Source: Methanomassiliicoccales archaeon (GTDB taxonomy: Archaea > Thermoplasmatota > Thermoplasmata > SG8-5). From it: a stretch of 51,370 bases of DNA. The stretch covers positions 1 through 51,370 of the forward strand of contig JAUWNU010000003.1 of NCBI GenBank assembly GCA_030612505.1. Direction: 5' to 3'. The translations under genes were made by a program, and so were the position numbers. Each line of letters opens with the position of its first letter. Position 1 is the stretch's first letter. This document shows, one piece after another, positions 24,482 through 34,236 of this stretch. The notes beneath the pieces were generated by a model. The model worked only from the letters and a program-made list of their open reading frames with translations. It did not search any database and was not told the DNA's origin.

Positions 24482-25319
24482 TCAACACCATCTTCAATTT
24501 CGTATTATCTCCCCAAAAGGCCATAGGCTCATAATCTGGATACGGATAATAACCTAAATTCAATTTTATGTGTTCATTCTTTTCTTCTAAATATGTTTCT
24601 ACTAACTCACGAATGGAAAGAGGTTCTCCGCTACAACAATTAATAATACCAGTTACTTTATTTTGAAGAGCTATTTTTACAATATGCTCGGCAACTTTTT
24701 CAACAGGTAAAAAATCACGTAATTGTTCACCTCCAGACATATTAAACACTTTGCCATTGTTATTCAGGGCAATATTCAATTGTGGCAAAAGCGATTGCTC
24801 ATTTTGTCCCTCTCCATACATATAAAATAAACGTACCCACTTAAATTTAAAATCCCACTGTTCGGTAAGTATTTCGATGAATTTTCTATAACAATCTTTA
24901 GCAAGTCCATACGGGTTAGATGGATTTGATATCATATCTTCACTCAAGCAACCCTCTCGCATTCCATATTCAAAACAAGTTCCGATGATCGTAACATCCT
25001 TCAATCCTTGTTTTACCATATTTTTTACAAAGAAATAATTATGATATAAATTTCTCTCAATGTGAAATAGGTCATTATAATTGGGAAGTCCTTCCCAAGC
25101 TAAATGAATAAGTAGATCCGGTTTTCCAAAAAATTCATAACTGTTCTCTGGGAGACCATTCAAATCTGCAGATATGTATTCTACTTTATGATGCCAATTG
25201 AAGGTTTTTGCTTTCTTCTCATTACGGGAAGTTGCTATTACCTCATGATTATCTTTTAAAAGCATTTCAACAACATACCGGCCAATAAAGCCAGAGGCAC
25301 CAGTAACAAGAACCTTCAT
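24471..25319 (-). CDS. NAD-dependent epimerase/dehydratase (NDP-4-keto-sugar reductase-like)
   Basis: VLVTGASGFIG, HLAW, GTCFEYG, YGLAK (YxxxK), RLFYMYGEGQ. Confidence 0.88.
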   Translation of the reverse strand: MKVLVTGASGFIGRYVVEMLLKDNHEVIATSRNEKKAKTFNWHHKVEYISADLNGLPENSYEFFGKPDLLIHLAWEGLPNYNDLFHIERNLYHNYFFVKNMVKQGLKDVTIIGTCFEYGMREGCLSEDMISNPSNPYGLAKDCYRKFIEILTEQWDFKFKWVRLFYMYGEGQNEQSLLPQLNIALNNNGKVFNMSGGEQLRDFLPVEKVAEHIVKIALQNKVTGIINCCSGEPLSIRELVETYLEEKNEHIKLNLGYYPYPDYEPMAFWGDNTKLKMVLNDG

Positions 25320-25368
25320 AGAGCCTCCGTTTTGCACATTGCTGCTAATATCTTGATATTGTATAACC

Positions 25369-26598
25369 TCATTTAATTTTCACTTCCGGAACTGGTATAA
25401 TGAACTTTCCCCCCATCTCTTTGAATTTTACCTGTTGTTTCATGATCTCATCAGCAAAATTCCATGCGAGGATCAACATGTAATCTGCTTTGACCTCATA
25501 GATCCTTTCAGGGCTGTGTACGGGAATGTGGATCCCTGGAGTGAATTTATTGTGTTTCATTGGGTTTAAATCTGCAATAAAATCAATCAGATCAGGTCCG
25601 ATATTATAATAATTTAATAGAGTATTGCCTTTCGCAGCGGCCCCATATCCAATAATTATTTTGTTTTGGCTTTTTAATTTTTGTAGAAGCTGAACCAGAT
25701 CCTTTTTAAGTTTCTCAACCCGCTCAGCAAATTGTTCATAAGCCACGATTTTATCTAGGCCCATCTCTTCTTCTAATGATATCAATTTGTTTACATTTTC
25801 ATTAATGGTATATTTTGATCCTTTCTTACTCACAAAGATCCTGATCGTGCCCCCATGTATGCTAACTCTTTTAACATCTATCATATTCAGATTATGTTTT
25901 TCAAAAAATTTGATCAATGGGCAAACAGCAAAATAGGAAAGGTGTTCATGGTATATCGTATCAAATTCTGTTTTCTCCAATAGGTCCACCAGGTATGGAA
26001 CTTCGATCACAAAGACCCCGTCATCCTTCAAAATGATAGATACACCTTTCAGCAGATCGTCTAGATCGTTGATATGAGCAACCACATTCGTGGCAGTTAT
26101 CGCATCTGCTTGCCCAATTTCTTTTACCACCCTCTCTCCAACATCTTCAGAGAAGAAATCATTTACAGTTTTAATACCATTCTCTTCGGCTATCTTGGCA
26201 ATATTGGTCGCGGGTTCTATGCCTAAAACTTTGGTGTTTAACTTTTTAAATTCTTTTAACAGAGTTCCATCATTACTGGCTATATCGATAACTAGTGAAT
26301 CATCATTTAGTTTGTAATTATTTATTACATCTGTTGCTAGCTCTTCAAAATGCTTTCTTAACACCTCTGATGTTCCTGATACATACAAATAATCTTTAAA
26401 GAGAATCTCAGGGGCAACCACTTCATCGATTTGTAGCAAATTGCAAGAATCACACCAGACCAATCTTAGCGGGAAAAAGTTTTCTTCTTGATCTAGTTGG
26501 TTTTCATCTAAAAATGCATTTGCTAAAGGCATTTCACCTAGATCTAATATCTTTTTAAGTTTATTGTTCTTACAAATCCTACAGCCTTCGAGTTTCAT
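25369..26598 (-). CDS. NDP-hexose C-methyltransferase (EryBIII/TylCIII-like)
   Basis: CRIC, LDLGEMPLAN, IDIASNDG, FDTIYHEHLSYF, HGGTIR, YGAAAKGNTLLNY, ILAWNFADEI. Confidence 0.88.
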   Translation of the reverse strand: MKLEGCRICKNNKLKKILDLGEMPLANAFLDENQLDQEENFFPLRLVWCDSCNLLQIDEVVAPEILFKDYLYVSGTSEVLRKHFEELATDVINNYKLNDDSLVIDIASNDGTLLKEFKKLNTKVLGIEPATNIAKIAEENGIKTVNDFFSEDVGERVVKEIGQADAITATNVVAHINDLDDLLKGVSIILKDDGVFVIEVPYLVDLLEKTEFDTIYHEHLSYFAVCPLIKFFEKHNLNMIDVKRVSIHGGTIRIFVSKKGSKYTINENVNKLISLEEEMGLDKIVAYEQFAERVEKLKKDLVQLLQKLKSQNKIIIGYGAAAKGNTLLNYYNIGPDLIDFIADLNPMKHNKFTPGIHIPVHSPERIYEVKADYMLILAWNFADEIMKQQVKFKEMGGKFIIPVPEVKIK

Positions 26599-26642
26599 GA
26601 TCTTTACCCCTTGAACGGTTTTTCTGTAACGATATTATTCTT

Positions 26643-27212
26643 TTAAACATCTAATCCACCATATTCTTCAACAAAATCCTTGAATTCATTTGCTTTTGAA
26701 TCATTTTCAGATAGTATCGGATCCTTTATCGGCCAGTCTATCCCTAGATCTGGGTCATCCCATTGTAGAGTGTATGCACTATCTGGTGCATAATAATTGT
26801 CCATTTTATAAAGGAGCTCACAATTATCGGTCAGCGTACAAAAGCCATGTGCAAAACCTCTTGGAATGTAGATCATTTTCTTGTTTTCTGCACTTAATTC
26901 AACACTATCCCATTTTCCAAAGGTCGGTGAACCCTTTCTCAGATCTATAAAAATATCGATTATTTTTCCATTTAGTACTCTTATCAATTTTGTTTCAGCA
27001 TAAGGCGGAAATTGAAAATGCATGCCCCTGATCACCCCTTTATCTAAAGACAATGAATGGCTTTCTTGAACCCAGTTCACATTCATTCCATGTTCATTGA
27101 AGAGTTTGTCATCATAAACTCTCATGAAGAATCCTCTACTATCTTCGTGTGGTTCAAGTTGAATTTCAAATACCCCTTCGAACTTCCCCTTATTGATTAA
27201 CATTTCATTCAC
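26643..27212 (-). CDS. rfbC: NDP-4-keto-6-deoxyglucose 3,5-epimerase (RmlC family)
   Basis: DSRGFF, GVIRGMHFQ, DLRKGSPTFGKW, IPRGFAHGF, WDDPDLGIDWP. Confidence 0.92.
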   Translation of the reverse strand: MNEMLINKGKFEGVFEIQLEPHEDSRGFFMRVYDDKLFNEHGMNVNWVQESHSLSLDKGVIRGMHFQFPPYAETKLIRVLNGKIIDIFIDLRKGSPTFGKWDSVELSAENKKMIYIPRGFAHGFCTLTDNCELLYKMDNYYAPDSAYTLQWDDPDLGIDWPIKDPILSENDSKANEFKDFVEEYGGLDV

Positions 27213-28191
27213 TCTTCTCGAAATAGTTGTAATACCAATTCACTGTTTCAGACAAACCTTTCCTCAGGTCAAATTTTGGATGCCAATCGAGGATCTTGTG
27301 TGCTTTCTTAGCAGATAGTGATTGTTCTGGTATCTCTTTCAATTTCATATTGAGTATCTCTGGCTTGATATTCTCTTTTCCCATGATAGATATTATCTCA
27401 TTAACTATCTCAATCACTGTAGTTCTTGACTCATTGCTGAAGTTAAAGGATTCTCCTGCTGTTTTATTCATCAATAGAGAGGCAGCCTGTAAAGAATAGG
27501 CCGCGACTACATCTTTGACATATATATAGTCACGGATATGGTTTCCATCACTTCGTAGGACTGGTCTCTGATCATCGAGAAGGGAGCGAATGGTCCCTGG
27601 CACGATTCGGCTCCAATTCAGGTCTCCACCACCATAGACATTACCACATCTGGAAATGCTGACTGGTAATCCATATGAATGATAGTAGGATTGAGATATC
27701 AGATCTGCACAACTTTTGGAAACATCATAGGGGTGGGTACCCTCTAGCCTATGATCCTCATTATAAGGGAGCTCTTTGGCTATTCCATATGCCTTATCAC
27801 TTGAGGCCACTATAACTCCTTTAACAAGCTCGGAATGTTTCCTGCTAGCTTCCAGAATATGATATGTTCCCCGGATATTGCTTTCAAAGGTCTGTAATGG
27901 TTCTCTCTGTGCTGCTCCTACAATGGTCTGGGCACCTAGATGAAATATCAGCTCGATCTCATATTCATTGACCGCCCTCTCTATTGTATCCATGTCTTCC
28001 AGAGCACCGTTGACTATTGTTGTTTTCAGGTAATCTTTGCTACGGTAAAATTCAGTCTGATAATCAATGTCACGTATCAGGCAGACGACCTTCGCACCCT
28101 TGTTCAATAAATCCTTTACAAGCCATGAACCAATAAGGCCTGTGGCTCCAGTCACTAGAACTCTTTTCTCAGTCCAATTGAATTCAGTCAA
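27205..28191 (-). CDS. rfbG: CDP-glucose 4,6-dehydratase-like SDR
   Basis: VLVTGATGLIGSWL, FHLGAQ, ASSDKAYG, PYDVSKS, RCGNVYGGGD; directly downstream of rfbF; TTG start. Confidence 0.75.
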   Translation of the reverse strand: MTEFNWTEKRVLVTGATGLIGSWLVKDLLNKGAKVVCLIRDIDYQTEFYRSKDYLKTTIVNGALEDMDTIERAVNEYEIELIFHLGAQTIVGAAQREPLQTFESNIRGTYHILEASRKHSELVKGVIVASSDKAYGIAKELPYNEDHRLEGTHPYDVSKSCADLISQSYYHSYGLPVSISRCGNVYGGGDLNWSRIVPGTIRSLLDDQRPVLRSDGNHIRDYIYVKDVVAAYSLQAASLLMNKTAGESFNFSNESRTTVIEIVNEIISIMGKENIKPEILNMKLKEIPEQSLSAKKAHKILDWHPKFDLRKGLSETVNWYYNYFEKSE

Positions 28192-28965
28192 TTAATCCCC
28201 CCATACTTCCCATTCAGCCTTGCCTGTTGACCAGAGGTCGCGTAGATATCTGAGATCACGTACATTGTCTATGCAACGCCAGAATCCTTCATGCTTATAA
28301 GCCATCAATTGGCCTTCCTTGGCCAATGCCTCGAGGGGTTCGACCTCTAAATGTGTACTATCATCTTTAATGTAATTTAGGACCTCTGGCTCAAAAACAA
28401 AAAAGCCTCCATTGATCCATCCCTCTCCAATTTGAGGCTTCTCCGTAAATTCTACGACCTTATCGCCTTCGAATTTCAATCCACCGAATCTTGCTGGTGG
28501 TCTAATAGCAGTCACGGTGGCAAGTTTACCATGGGCGCGATGGAAATCTATCAGATCCTTGATATTAACATCGGAAACACCATCACCATAGGTCATCATG
28601 AATGGACCATCTTTCAGCCAATCATCCAGTCTTTTAAGCCGGCCTCCGGTCATGGTCTCTAGGCCTGTATCAATAAGATGAACCGACCAATCATCACACA
28701 TCAATTCATGTTCTTTAATCGTGCCATCTTTTGTTTTAACAGTAAAATTATTACTCAATATATGGTAGTTAATGAAGAAATCTTTAATCATTTCACCTTT
28801 ATAACCTAAAGGAATAATAAATTCATTGAAGCCATGATGTGCGAAATGCTTCATGATGTGCCAGAGTATCGGTTTATCACCTATTACAACCATCGGCTTT
28901 GGGATATTGTCTGTTTCCTCTGCAAGTCTAGTACCAAAACCCCCTGCAAGAATTACAACCTTCAT
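28192..28965 (-). CDS. rfbF: Glucose-1-phosphate cytidylyltransferase
   Basis: VILAGGFGTRLAEET..PKPMV, DTGLETMTGGRLKR, TYGDG, WINGGFFV. Confidence 0.95.
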   Translation of the reverse strand: MKVVILAGGFGTRLAEETDNIPKPMVVIGDKPILWHIMKHFAHHGFNEFIIPLGYKGEMIKDFFINYHILSNNFTVKTKDGTIKEHELMCDDWSVHLIDTGLETMTGGRLKRLDDWLKDGPFMMTYGDGVSDVNIKDLIDFHRAHGKLATVTAIRPPARFGGLKFEGDKVVEFTEKPQIGEGWINGGFFVFEPEVLNYIKDDSTHLEVEPLEALAKEGQLMAYKHEGFWRCIDNVRDLRYLRDLWSTGKAEWEVWGD

Positions 28966-29173
28966 ATTTTCTCACTTTATCCCCGATTCTGTTTCTAATA
29001 TATATATCTTTTTGAATGCCAGTATTTTTGCGCCTACAGTAAACCATCTTTACGATTGTAGTGAGTCCATCTGAGTAAATCCGGTGTGAAATATCTCATT
29101 TTCTTTGTTGCGTGTTCGGACTCTGTTTTGATATTTCTTGTGTTCGAAGAAGATATATGCCTATTTTTCTTTT

Positions 29174-29281
29174 CTATACCTTTCCTTTTAGTTCAGATTT
29201 GAAATAATGTAAGATATCCTTTGGGTTAACTGTATCCATAAACATTCTAATATCATCCATTGTCAATTCCTTAATAAACAT
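29174..29281 (-). pseudogene. Probable 3' remnant of a second flippase gene cut at the IS left end
   Basis: MFIKELTMDDIRMFMDTVNPKDILHYFKSELKGKV* aligns with the tail of the neighbouring flippase (VLKELKREDVLLVLDSL). Confidence 0.45.
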
Positions 29282-29285
29282 ATCT

Positions 29286-29969
29286 AGCCCTAATTCCGCG
29301 ACCTTTAGGTCTGCGGATACAGGGCTTTGAGCATCTGTCCAGGCACAACACTTATTGTTTTGAAATAAAATAAAGGGTTGGCGGCGCGCCCCGCTGGAGC
29401 GGGGTGCATTAGGAACCGCCAGGAGTCAATATAGATGAAATCTGAGTGGTCATATAGCCATGGCTTTGGACAAAGCTAGTATCATGTGGTGCTTGTTCCC
29501 TACAAGCGATTTAAGATGTTTGGTAGGGCAGACATAAGAATGCAGTTGAACCGTATATTCTTTGTGATTGCGGAGCGGCATAATTTTGAATTGAAAGCGG
29601 TGGAAATAATGGAAAATCATGTTCATTTGTTCATCAACATCCGCCCTTCCCAGTCTATTGCAAAGGTTATGCAATATCTGAAGGGCGGCAGTTCTTATGA
29701 GCTTCGAAAGATTTTCCCTATACTGGATGCCTATCACAGATGCCGCTTATGGTCGAAAGGCAAGTTTTTTCGCCAGATTGGAGAAGTTAACGAGGAAACA
29801 ATCAAACATTATATTGATGATTCACAATCGAAGCACCACAAAGAAATCAGGATGCTAGGTGCATGGCTCCTGAGAGATTCGGAGTCCAAAAGAACTCCTC
29901 AAACTACACTGCTTTCCTTCACCAGTTAACTGTAGGGATACCCCGCCCTTTAGGGTGGGGAGCCCTCAT
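29286..29969 (+). mobile_element. IS200-type element (tnpA only) with subterminal hairpins
   Basis: Left hairpin AGCCCT..TCCGC-GACC-TTTA-GGTC..GCGGA..AGGGCT (29286-29326); right hairpin CCCCGCCC-TTTA-GGGTGGGG (29941-29960) followed by TCAT; no TIRs or TSD seen. Confidence 0.85.
29435..29929 (+). pseudogene. tnpA: Y1 HUH transposase with in-frame TAG at codon 15
   Basis: ATG 29435 gives MKSEWSYSHGFGQS*YHVVLVPYKR; HUH ENHVHL, LKGGSS, LWSKG, catalytic Tyr in IKHYI; TAG at 29477-29479. Confidence 0.82.
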
Positions 29970-30030
29970 TTCCTTATTTAACTTAAGAATTGCTGAATGA
30001 TGCCAGTTCATTTATGCCCTTTTTTTAGCA

Positions 30031-31641
30031 TTAATCACCCGCTTGTTTCTTTGAAAATACTTTCAAAGAATCCAGAACCAATAAAACATCCTCCCTTTTC
30101 AATTCTTTGAGTACCCAGAGAATAAGAGAATATATTCCAAGACCAATCAAACCCAATATTGCCAGATAATACCATCTCATTGTAAAATCCAAGGAGGCTA
30201 AAAGATATAGGGCTATTCCCATCACTGTGGCTGCGAGCACGTGCAATAATATTCTTGGTTGAAATCTTCTGATTTTAATGATTTTCTTGGATGCCGTTCT
30301 GAACATGATACTCGTAAGTACAACCGAAATCAAAGTAGCCAATGCAGCACCATTATGACTCATTATTTCATATTTGCTCAATAGGCCGTTTTCCGGAATC
30401 AAAAGTAAGTTCAATGTGATGTTAACAATGCAACCGATTACTACTATTTTGGCATAATGTTTAGGCTTATTCATGCCAAGAATCAAATACATGTATGGTA
30501 CATTTAGAGACCAAATAAAGGCATAGACAGTAAGTATACGTAAAGTTTCGGTTGCTGGTTCGAAAGAATTGCTCAATACTATCCTGATTATATCACGACT
30601 AAAAATAATTATAAAAACGACTACGGGCAGCAAGAAAAGGGACAGATATCTATCTGCTTTGATTGTTATTTTTCTGATCTCCTTGAATTTTTTTCTTGTA
30701 TGTAAAGAGGATATAGTCGGAAACAATAGCACACCTACAGCAGTGGAAAACATCAATAGGCTTGAAGAAATTCTCTGAACAGCAAAGTAAAATCCCACCT
30801 CCTTAGCTGCCCAGAAATATCCTAATATCAATTTGTCAATATTTATGGTTATTATTCCAATAATGGACACAACCATCATTGGCAGTGCAAAAGCAAGATA
30901 ACTCTTAGCATATTCCATACTGGGTTTCTTTATTGGATATCCTCGGAACATTATTAGTGCAATAATGAAGGCAGCTAAATTTCCCAATAGGTATGTGGTG
31001 GCCAGTGTTCCTATTGCATTGTTCGCCAGAAATATTTGAAACGATTGAAGAAATTCTGGCCAAGCATATTTGGGGGCTATGAATGTTACATTGGCAATTC
31101 CACTTATGCCCACATAGGCCCCAGTAACTCCTGCCAATGCCACAGCAATCATGAGTGGGACACGGATTATTGTTTCTGTCAGGGATGATATTTGACTCTT
31201 TCCAATTTCTTTTTTTGCATTGAAGGTAAAAATGAGAATCTGAGACAAACTGAGAATCACATAAAATGCCAAAAATATGTATATAATGCTCTCTTTTGTA
31301 GAATCATAAAATCCCTGGTTCATGACATTTTTCCAAATGAAAATGCTGCCGACCACCACCACAATCATTATTCCAGTAAGGATTAATTTAATAGTCAGAT
31401 AGGTTCCGATGCAAGTACCCAGGTCCTTACCTTCAGATATCTTTTTAATATGTGCATTTCCAAATCCGAGGTCTGAAATAAAGGAGAACATGCCCACAAA
31501 GGCCATGCTAAAGCTAATCACCCCAAGAGCTTCTGTTGCAAAGTCACCCCATAACCTTGCTATTATGGAAAGCACTACTAAACCTAGAACTGCGCACACC
31601 ACATTTGATGCCATTATTACAAATGATTTCTTGGCAATCAT
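30031..31641 (-). CDS. Oligosaccharide flippase (Wzx/RfbX, MOP superfamily)
   Basis: Many TM helices, SDLGFG, IDKLILG..VGFY, LFPTIS, LNLLLIP..GAALAT. Confidence 0.9.
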   Translation of the reverse strand: MIAKKSFVIMASNVVCAVLGLVVLSIIARLWGDFATEALGVISFSMAFVGMFSFISDLGFGNAHIKKISEGKDLGTCIGTYLTIKLILTGIMIVVVVGSIFIWKNVMNQGFYDSTKESIIYIFLAFYVILSLSQILIFTFNAKKEIGKSQISSLTETIIRVPLMIAVALAGVTGAYVGISGIANVTFIAPKYAWPEFLQSFQIFLANNAIGTLATTYLLGNLAAFIIALIMFRGYPIKKPSMEYAKSYLAFALPMMVVSIIGIITINIDKLILGYFWAAKEVGFYFAVQRISSSLLMFSTAVGVLLFPTISSLHTRKKFKEIRKITIKADRYLSLFLLPVVVFIIIFSRDIIRIVLSNSFEPATETLRILTVYAFIWSLNVPYMYLILGMNKPKHYAKIVVIGCIVNITLNLLLIPENGLLSKYEIMSHNGAALATLISVVLTSIMFRTASKKIIKIRRFQPRILLHVLAATVMGIALYLLASLDFTMRWYYLAILGLIGLGIYSLILWVLKELKREDVLLVLDSLKVFSKKQAGD

Positions 31642-31698
31642 TGATTATTCCCCTTGGGATGTTAATCTATTTTGTATAAATAGATGTTTATCTGAATT

Positions 31699-33234
31699 TC
31701 ACTCCTTTTCCATATGCACAACATGCTGCGGGAACGGAATCTCAATATTTGCTTCATTGAACTTCTCAAGGATTGCTTCTCTAATCTCGGCACCGACGCG
31801 CCACTGGTCATCCAGATGATGCACCCATGTGTACACCTTGAGCCCCAGAGAGGAATCTCCGAAGTCCACCAGCCTGACGAATGGTGATTGACCTTCATCC
31901 TGTATGACGTCGGGGTGATTTAGTGCCACATCCAGCATGATGCCTTTTGCCTGTTTAATGTCTGTATCATAGGCCACGCCCACTGTAATTTTCACCTTCA
32001 TCTTGTTATCTGGCTCAGTGAGATTAATAACCTTCTCATTGGCAATCTTGCTGTTTGGCAGAATTATCATGTCATGGTCAAATGTGTTGTATAGCTTCGT
32101 GCTCCTCATGCCTATCTGTTCCACACGGCAGTAATCGCCGTTCTCCATGAGCACCAGGTCGCCGACTTTAAAGGGACGGTCGGTGAGCAAGAACATGCCG
32201 CTGATGAAATTACCCAGTGTATCCTGGGCAGCGAAAGCGATAACCAATCCAATAACGCCCATTCCTGCCAGAAGCATGGTAACATCTACACCGAAAAGAT
32301 TCAGTATCATGATGAAGGCTATCAGACTGATGACAACCATGCCCATCTTCTCGAACAGTGGTAACATGATGTCGTCCAGCGTGGTTTCGGTCTTCTCGGC
32401 GTATGTCTTGCCCCAGATGAGCAGAACGTCCTTGAGAATTTTGAGGGCCATCCAGGCGATCAGAACAATCACAATTAGAGAATATGTTATCTCAATTGCA
32501 TGAATAACGCTCCATGAGAAATTGAGAACTTCAAGTGATGAGACTGCTCCGTAAAGAACAATCATGTAGAACACTGGTCCCTTGACAATGGCCAGTACCT
32601 GATCGTCTATTTCGGTCTCTGTGGACTTTGTGAAATGCTTGACAACAGGGTCCAGAACAAGATATATCGCTGCACCTATGAGTATCCAGATGCCCAGTGT
32701 TGTTAGGAAAACGCCGTATTCACTGTCCAGGGAATCATGAACATCAGCCAGTGGATTGTCGAACCACCCTAGGACTTGCGTTGGCGGCACATATGCTCCA
32801 CCGGTGATTGTGGTAGTTACCGAACCCATATCTCTCTGCCACTGTTCTTCAGTAACCAGATCTCGAACTGTGCAGGTCATGAATATTGATATGTCCGGGT
32901 AATCCCTTGAATTGGGAGCAGTAACTGTCAATTCAACTACCTTGAATTCACCTGGAGCTATTTCAAAATAGGAGCCATCGTCTGCAACTTCGGCTATCCA
33001 TCCATCATCGGCGCCAGCAATATCAATCAAAACAACATGGGAATTGACTCCATTGTTATAAATTCCCCATTTGTAAGCAATTGAAGTATCCATGTCCACA
33101 TCTTGATTGGTGTAGGTTGGATTGAATATATTCAAGTCTCCTTCAGATGCCTGGGCCACCGGAGCAAATGCTCCAAGTGCCAGCGACATCACCGAAATGG
33201 CAATCAGTATCATACCTAGTCTTTTGATTATCAT
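31699..33234 (-). CDS. mscS: MscS-family mechanosensitive channel with exported N-terminal Ig-like domain
   Basis: AAQDTLGNFISG..DRPFKVGD, IGMRSTK, IILPNS, GVAYDTD, IEIPFPQ; signal peptide followed by a ~120-aa beta-rich domain. Confidence 0.9.
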   Translation of the reverse strand: MIIKRLGMILIAISVMSLALGAFAPVAQASEGDLNIFNPTYTNQDVDMDTSIAYKWGIYNNGVNSHVVLIDIAGADDGWIAEVADDGSYFEIAPGEFKVVELTVTAPNSRDYPDISIFMTCTVRDLVTEEQWQRDMGSVTTTITGGAYVPPTQVLGWFDNPLADVHDSLDSEYGVFLTTLGIWILIGAAIYLVLDPVVKHFTKSTETEIDDQVLAIVKGPVFYMIVLYGAVSSLEVLNFSWSVIHAIEITYSLIVIVLIAWMALKILKDVLLIWGKTYAEKTETTLDDIMLPLFEKMGMVVISLIAFIMILNLFGVDVTMLLAGMGVIGLVIAFAAQDTLGNFISGMFLLTDRPFKVGDLVLMENGDYCRVEQIGMRSTKLYNTFDHDMIILPNSKIANEKVINLTEPDNKMKVKITVGVAYDTDIKQAKGIMLDVALNHPDVIQDEGQSPFVRLVDFGDSSLGLKVYTWVHHLDDQWRVGAEIREAILEKFNEANIEIPFPQHVVHMEKE

Positions 33235-33321
33235 GCAAATGACCTTCCTGAAGCGGCAAATACCCATTTTGCTTATAAATATTACGTAAGTATTAATATT
33301 TGAAAGGCATTATAAAGGTCA

Positions 33322-34236
33322 ATGGAAGAAATGCTTTCTCTGATAAGGCTGGCTATTGCTTTGGCCCTGATGTCCTATGCCGCAGTTCTCGATTGGCGCA
33401 CCCGCCGGGTTGCAAACTGGGTCTGGATGCTCATGGGGGCCCTGGGAATGGCAATACTGGCATTTGAGATGCTGCATTCGGATAATACGCTTGGACTAAC
33501 TAGCGATATCTGGCCATATTTTTTGATATTCATTCCAATTCTGGTTATGTTTATTGAACCTTTCCGGGAATGGGGATACGAGGTAAGAGGCATTGACATG
33601 GTCTCGATTATTCTTGGATTGATTGGCCTCATGGGAGCACTGGCTCTTTTATATTTGGAAGGAGCAACAAGACCAGTTATAGTTCTGCTTACCATCCCTA
33701 TCATGATGTTAATTTTCATGTTGTTCTATTATGCTCACTTGATCCACGGTGGGGCAGATGCAAAGGCCTTCATTGTCCTGACAATCCTGTTTCCAGTTTA
33801 CCCAGTGATTCAAAACCTGCCTTTAATAGAATATCCAGTGAACATAATTGAAAATATCCAGCTCACTTATCCATTTACTTTTCTAATACTCATGAACGCC
33901 GCAATTATCTCGGTGGTTGTGGTTTCATTATATCTATTTTTTAAGAACCTGGCCAGGGGGGATAAAGGGTTTCCGGAAATGTTCATGGGCTACAAGATGG
34001 ATATAGATGACATACCGAAAAGCTTTGTCTGGCCAATGGAGAAGTTCATAGATGGAGAACATGTTTTGGTGCTGAAACCAAGAAGAAGCGATGATATCAA
34101 AGCGGAGCTAAATGTCCTGAAAGAGCATGGGCTGACAAGGATCTGGGTTAATCCAAAAATACCATTCATAATCCCAATGTTACTGGGAATAATTTTTAGC
34201 GTTGTGATTGGGAACCTGATTGTACTGTTCTTCTAG
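33322..34236 (+). CDS. A24 family prepilin/pre-archaellin peptidase (FlaK/PibD-like)
   Basis: AVLDWRTRRV (first Asp), GGADAKA (GxGD-type), C-terminal WVNPKIPFIIP. Confidence 0.85.
   Translation: MEEMLSLIRLAIALALMSYAAVLDWRTRRVANWVWMLMGALGMAILAFEMLHSDNTLGLTSDIWPYFLIFIPILVMFIEPFREWGYEVRGIDMVSIILGLIGLMGALALLYLEGATRPVIVLLTIPIMMLIFMLFYYAHLIHGGADAKAFIVLTILFPVYPVIQNLPLIEYPVNIIENIQLTYPFTFLILMNAAIISVVVVSLYLFFKNLARGDKGFPEMFMGYKMDIDDIPKSFVWPMEKFIDGEHVLVLKPRRSDDIKAELNVLKEHGLTRIWVNPKIPFIIPMLLGIIFSVVIGNLIVLFF

Noticed and set aside
29930-30030. tnpB or omega-RNA associated with the IS200/IS605 element
   Set aside because: The right-end hairpin follows tnpA within ~12 bp, leaving no room for tnpB
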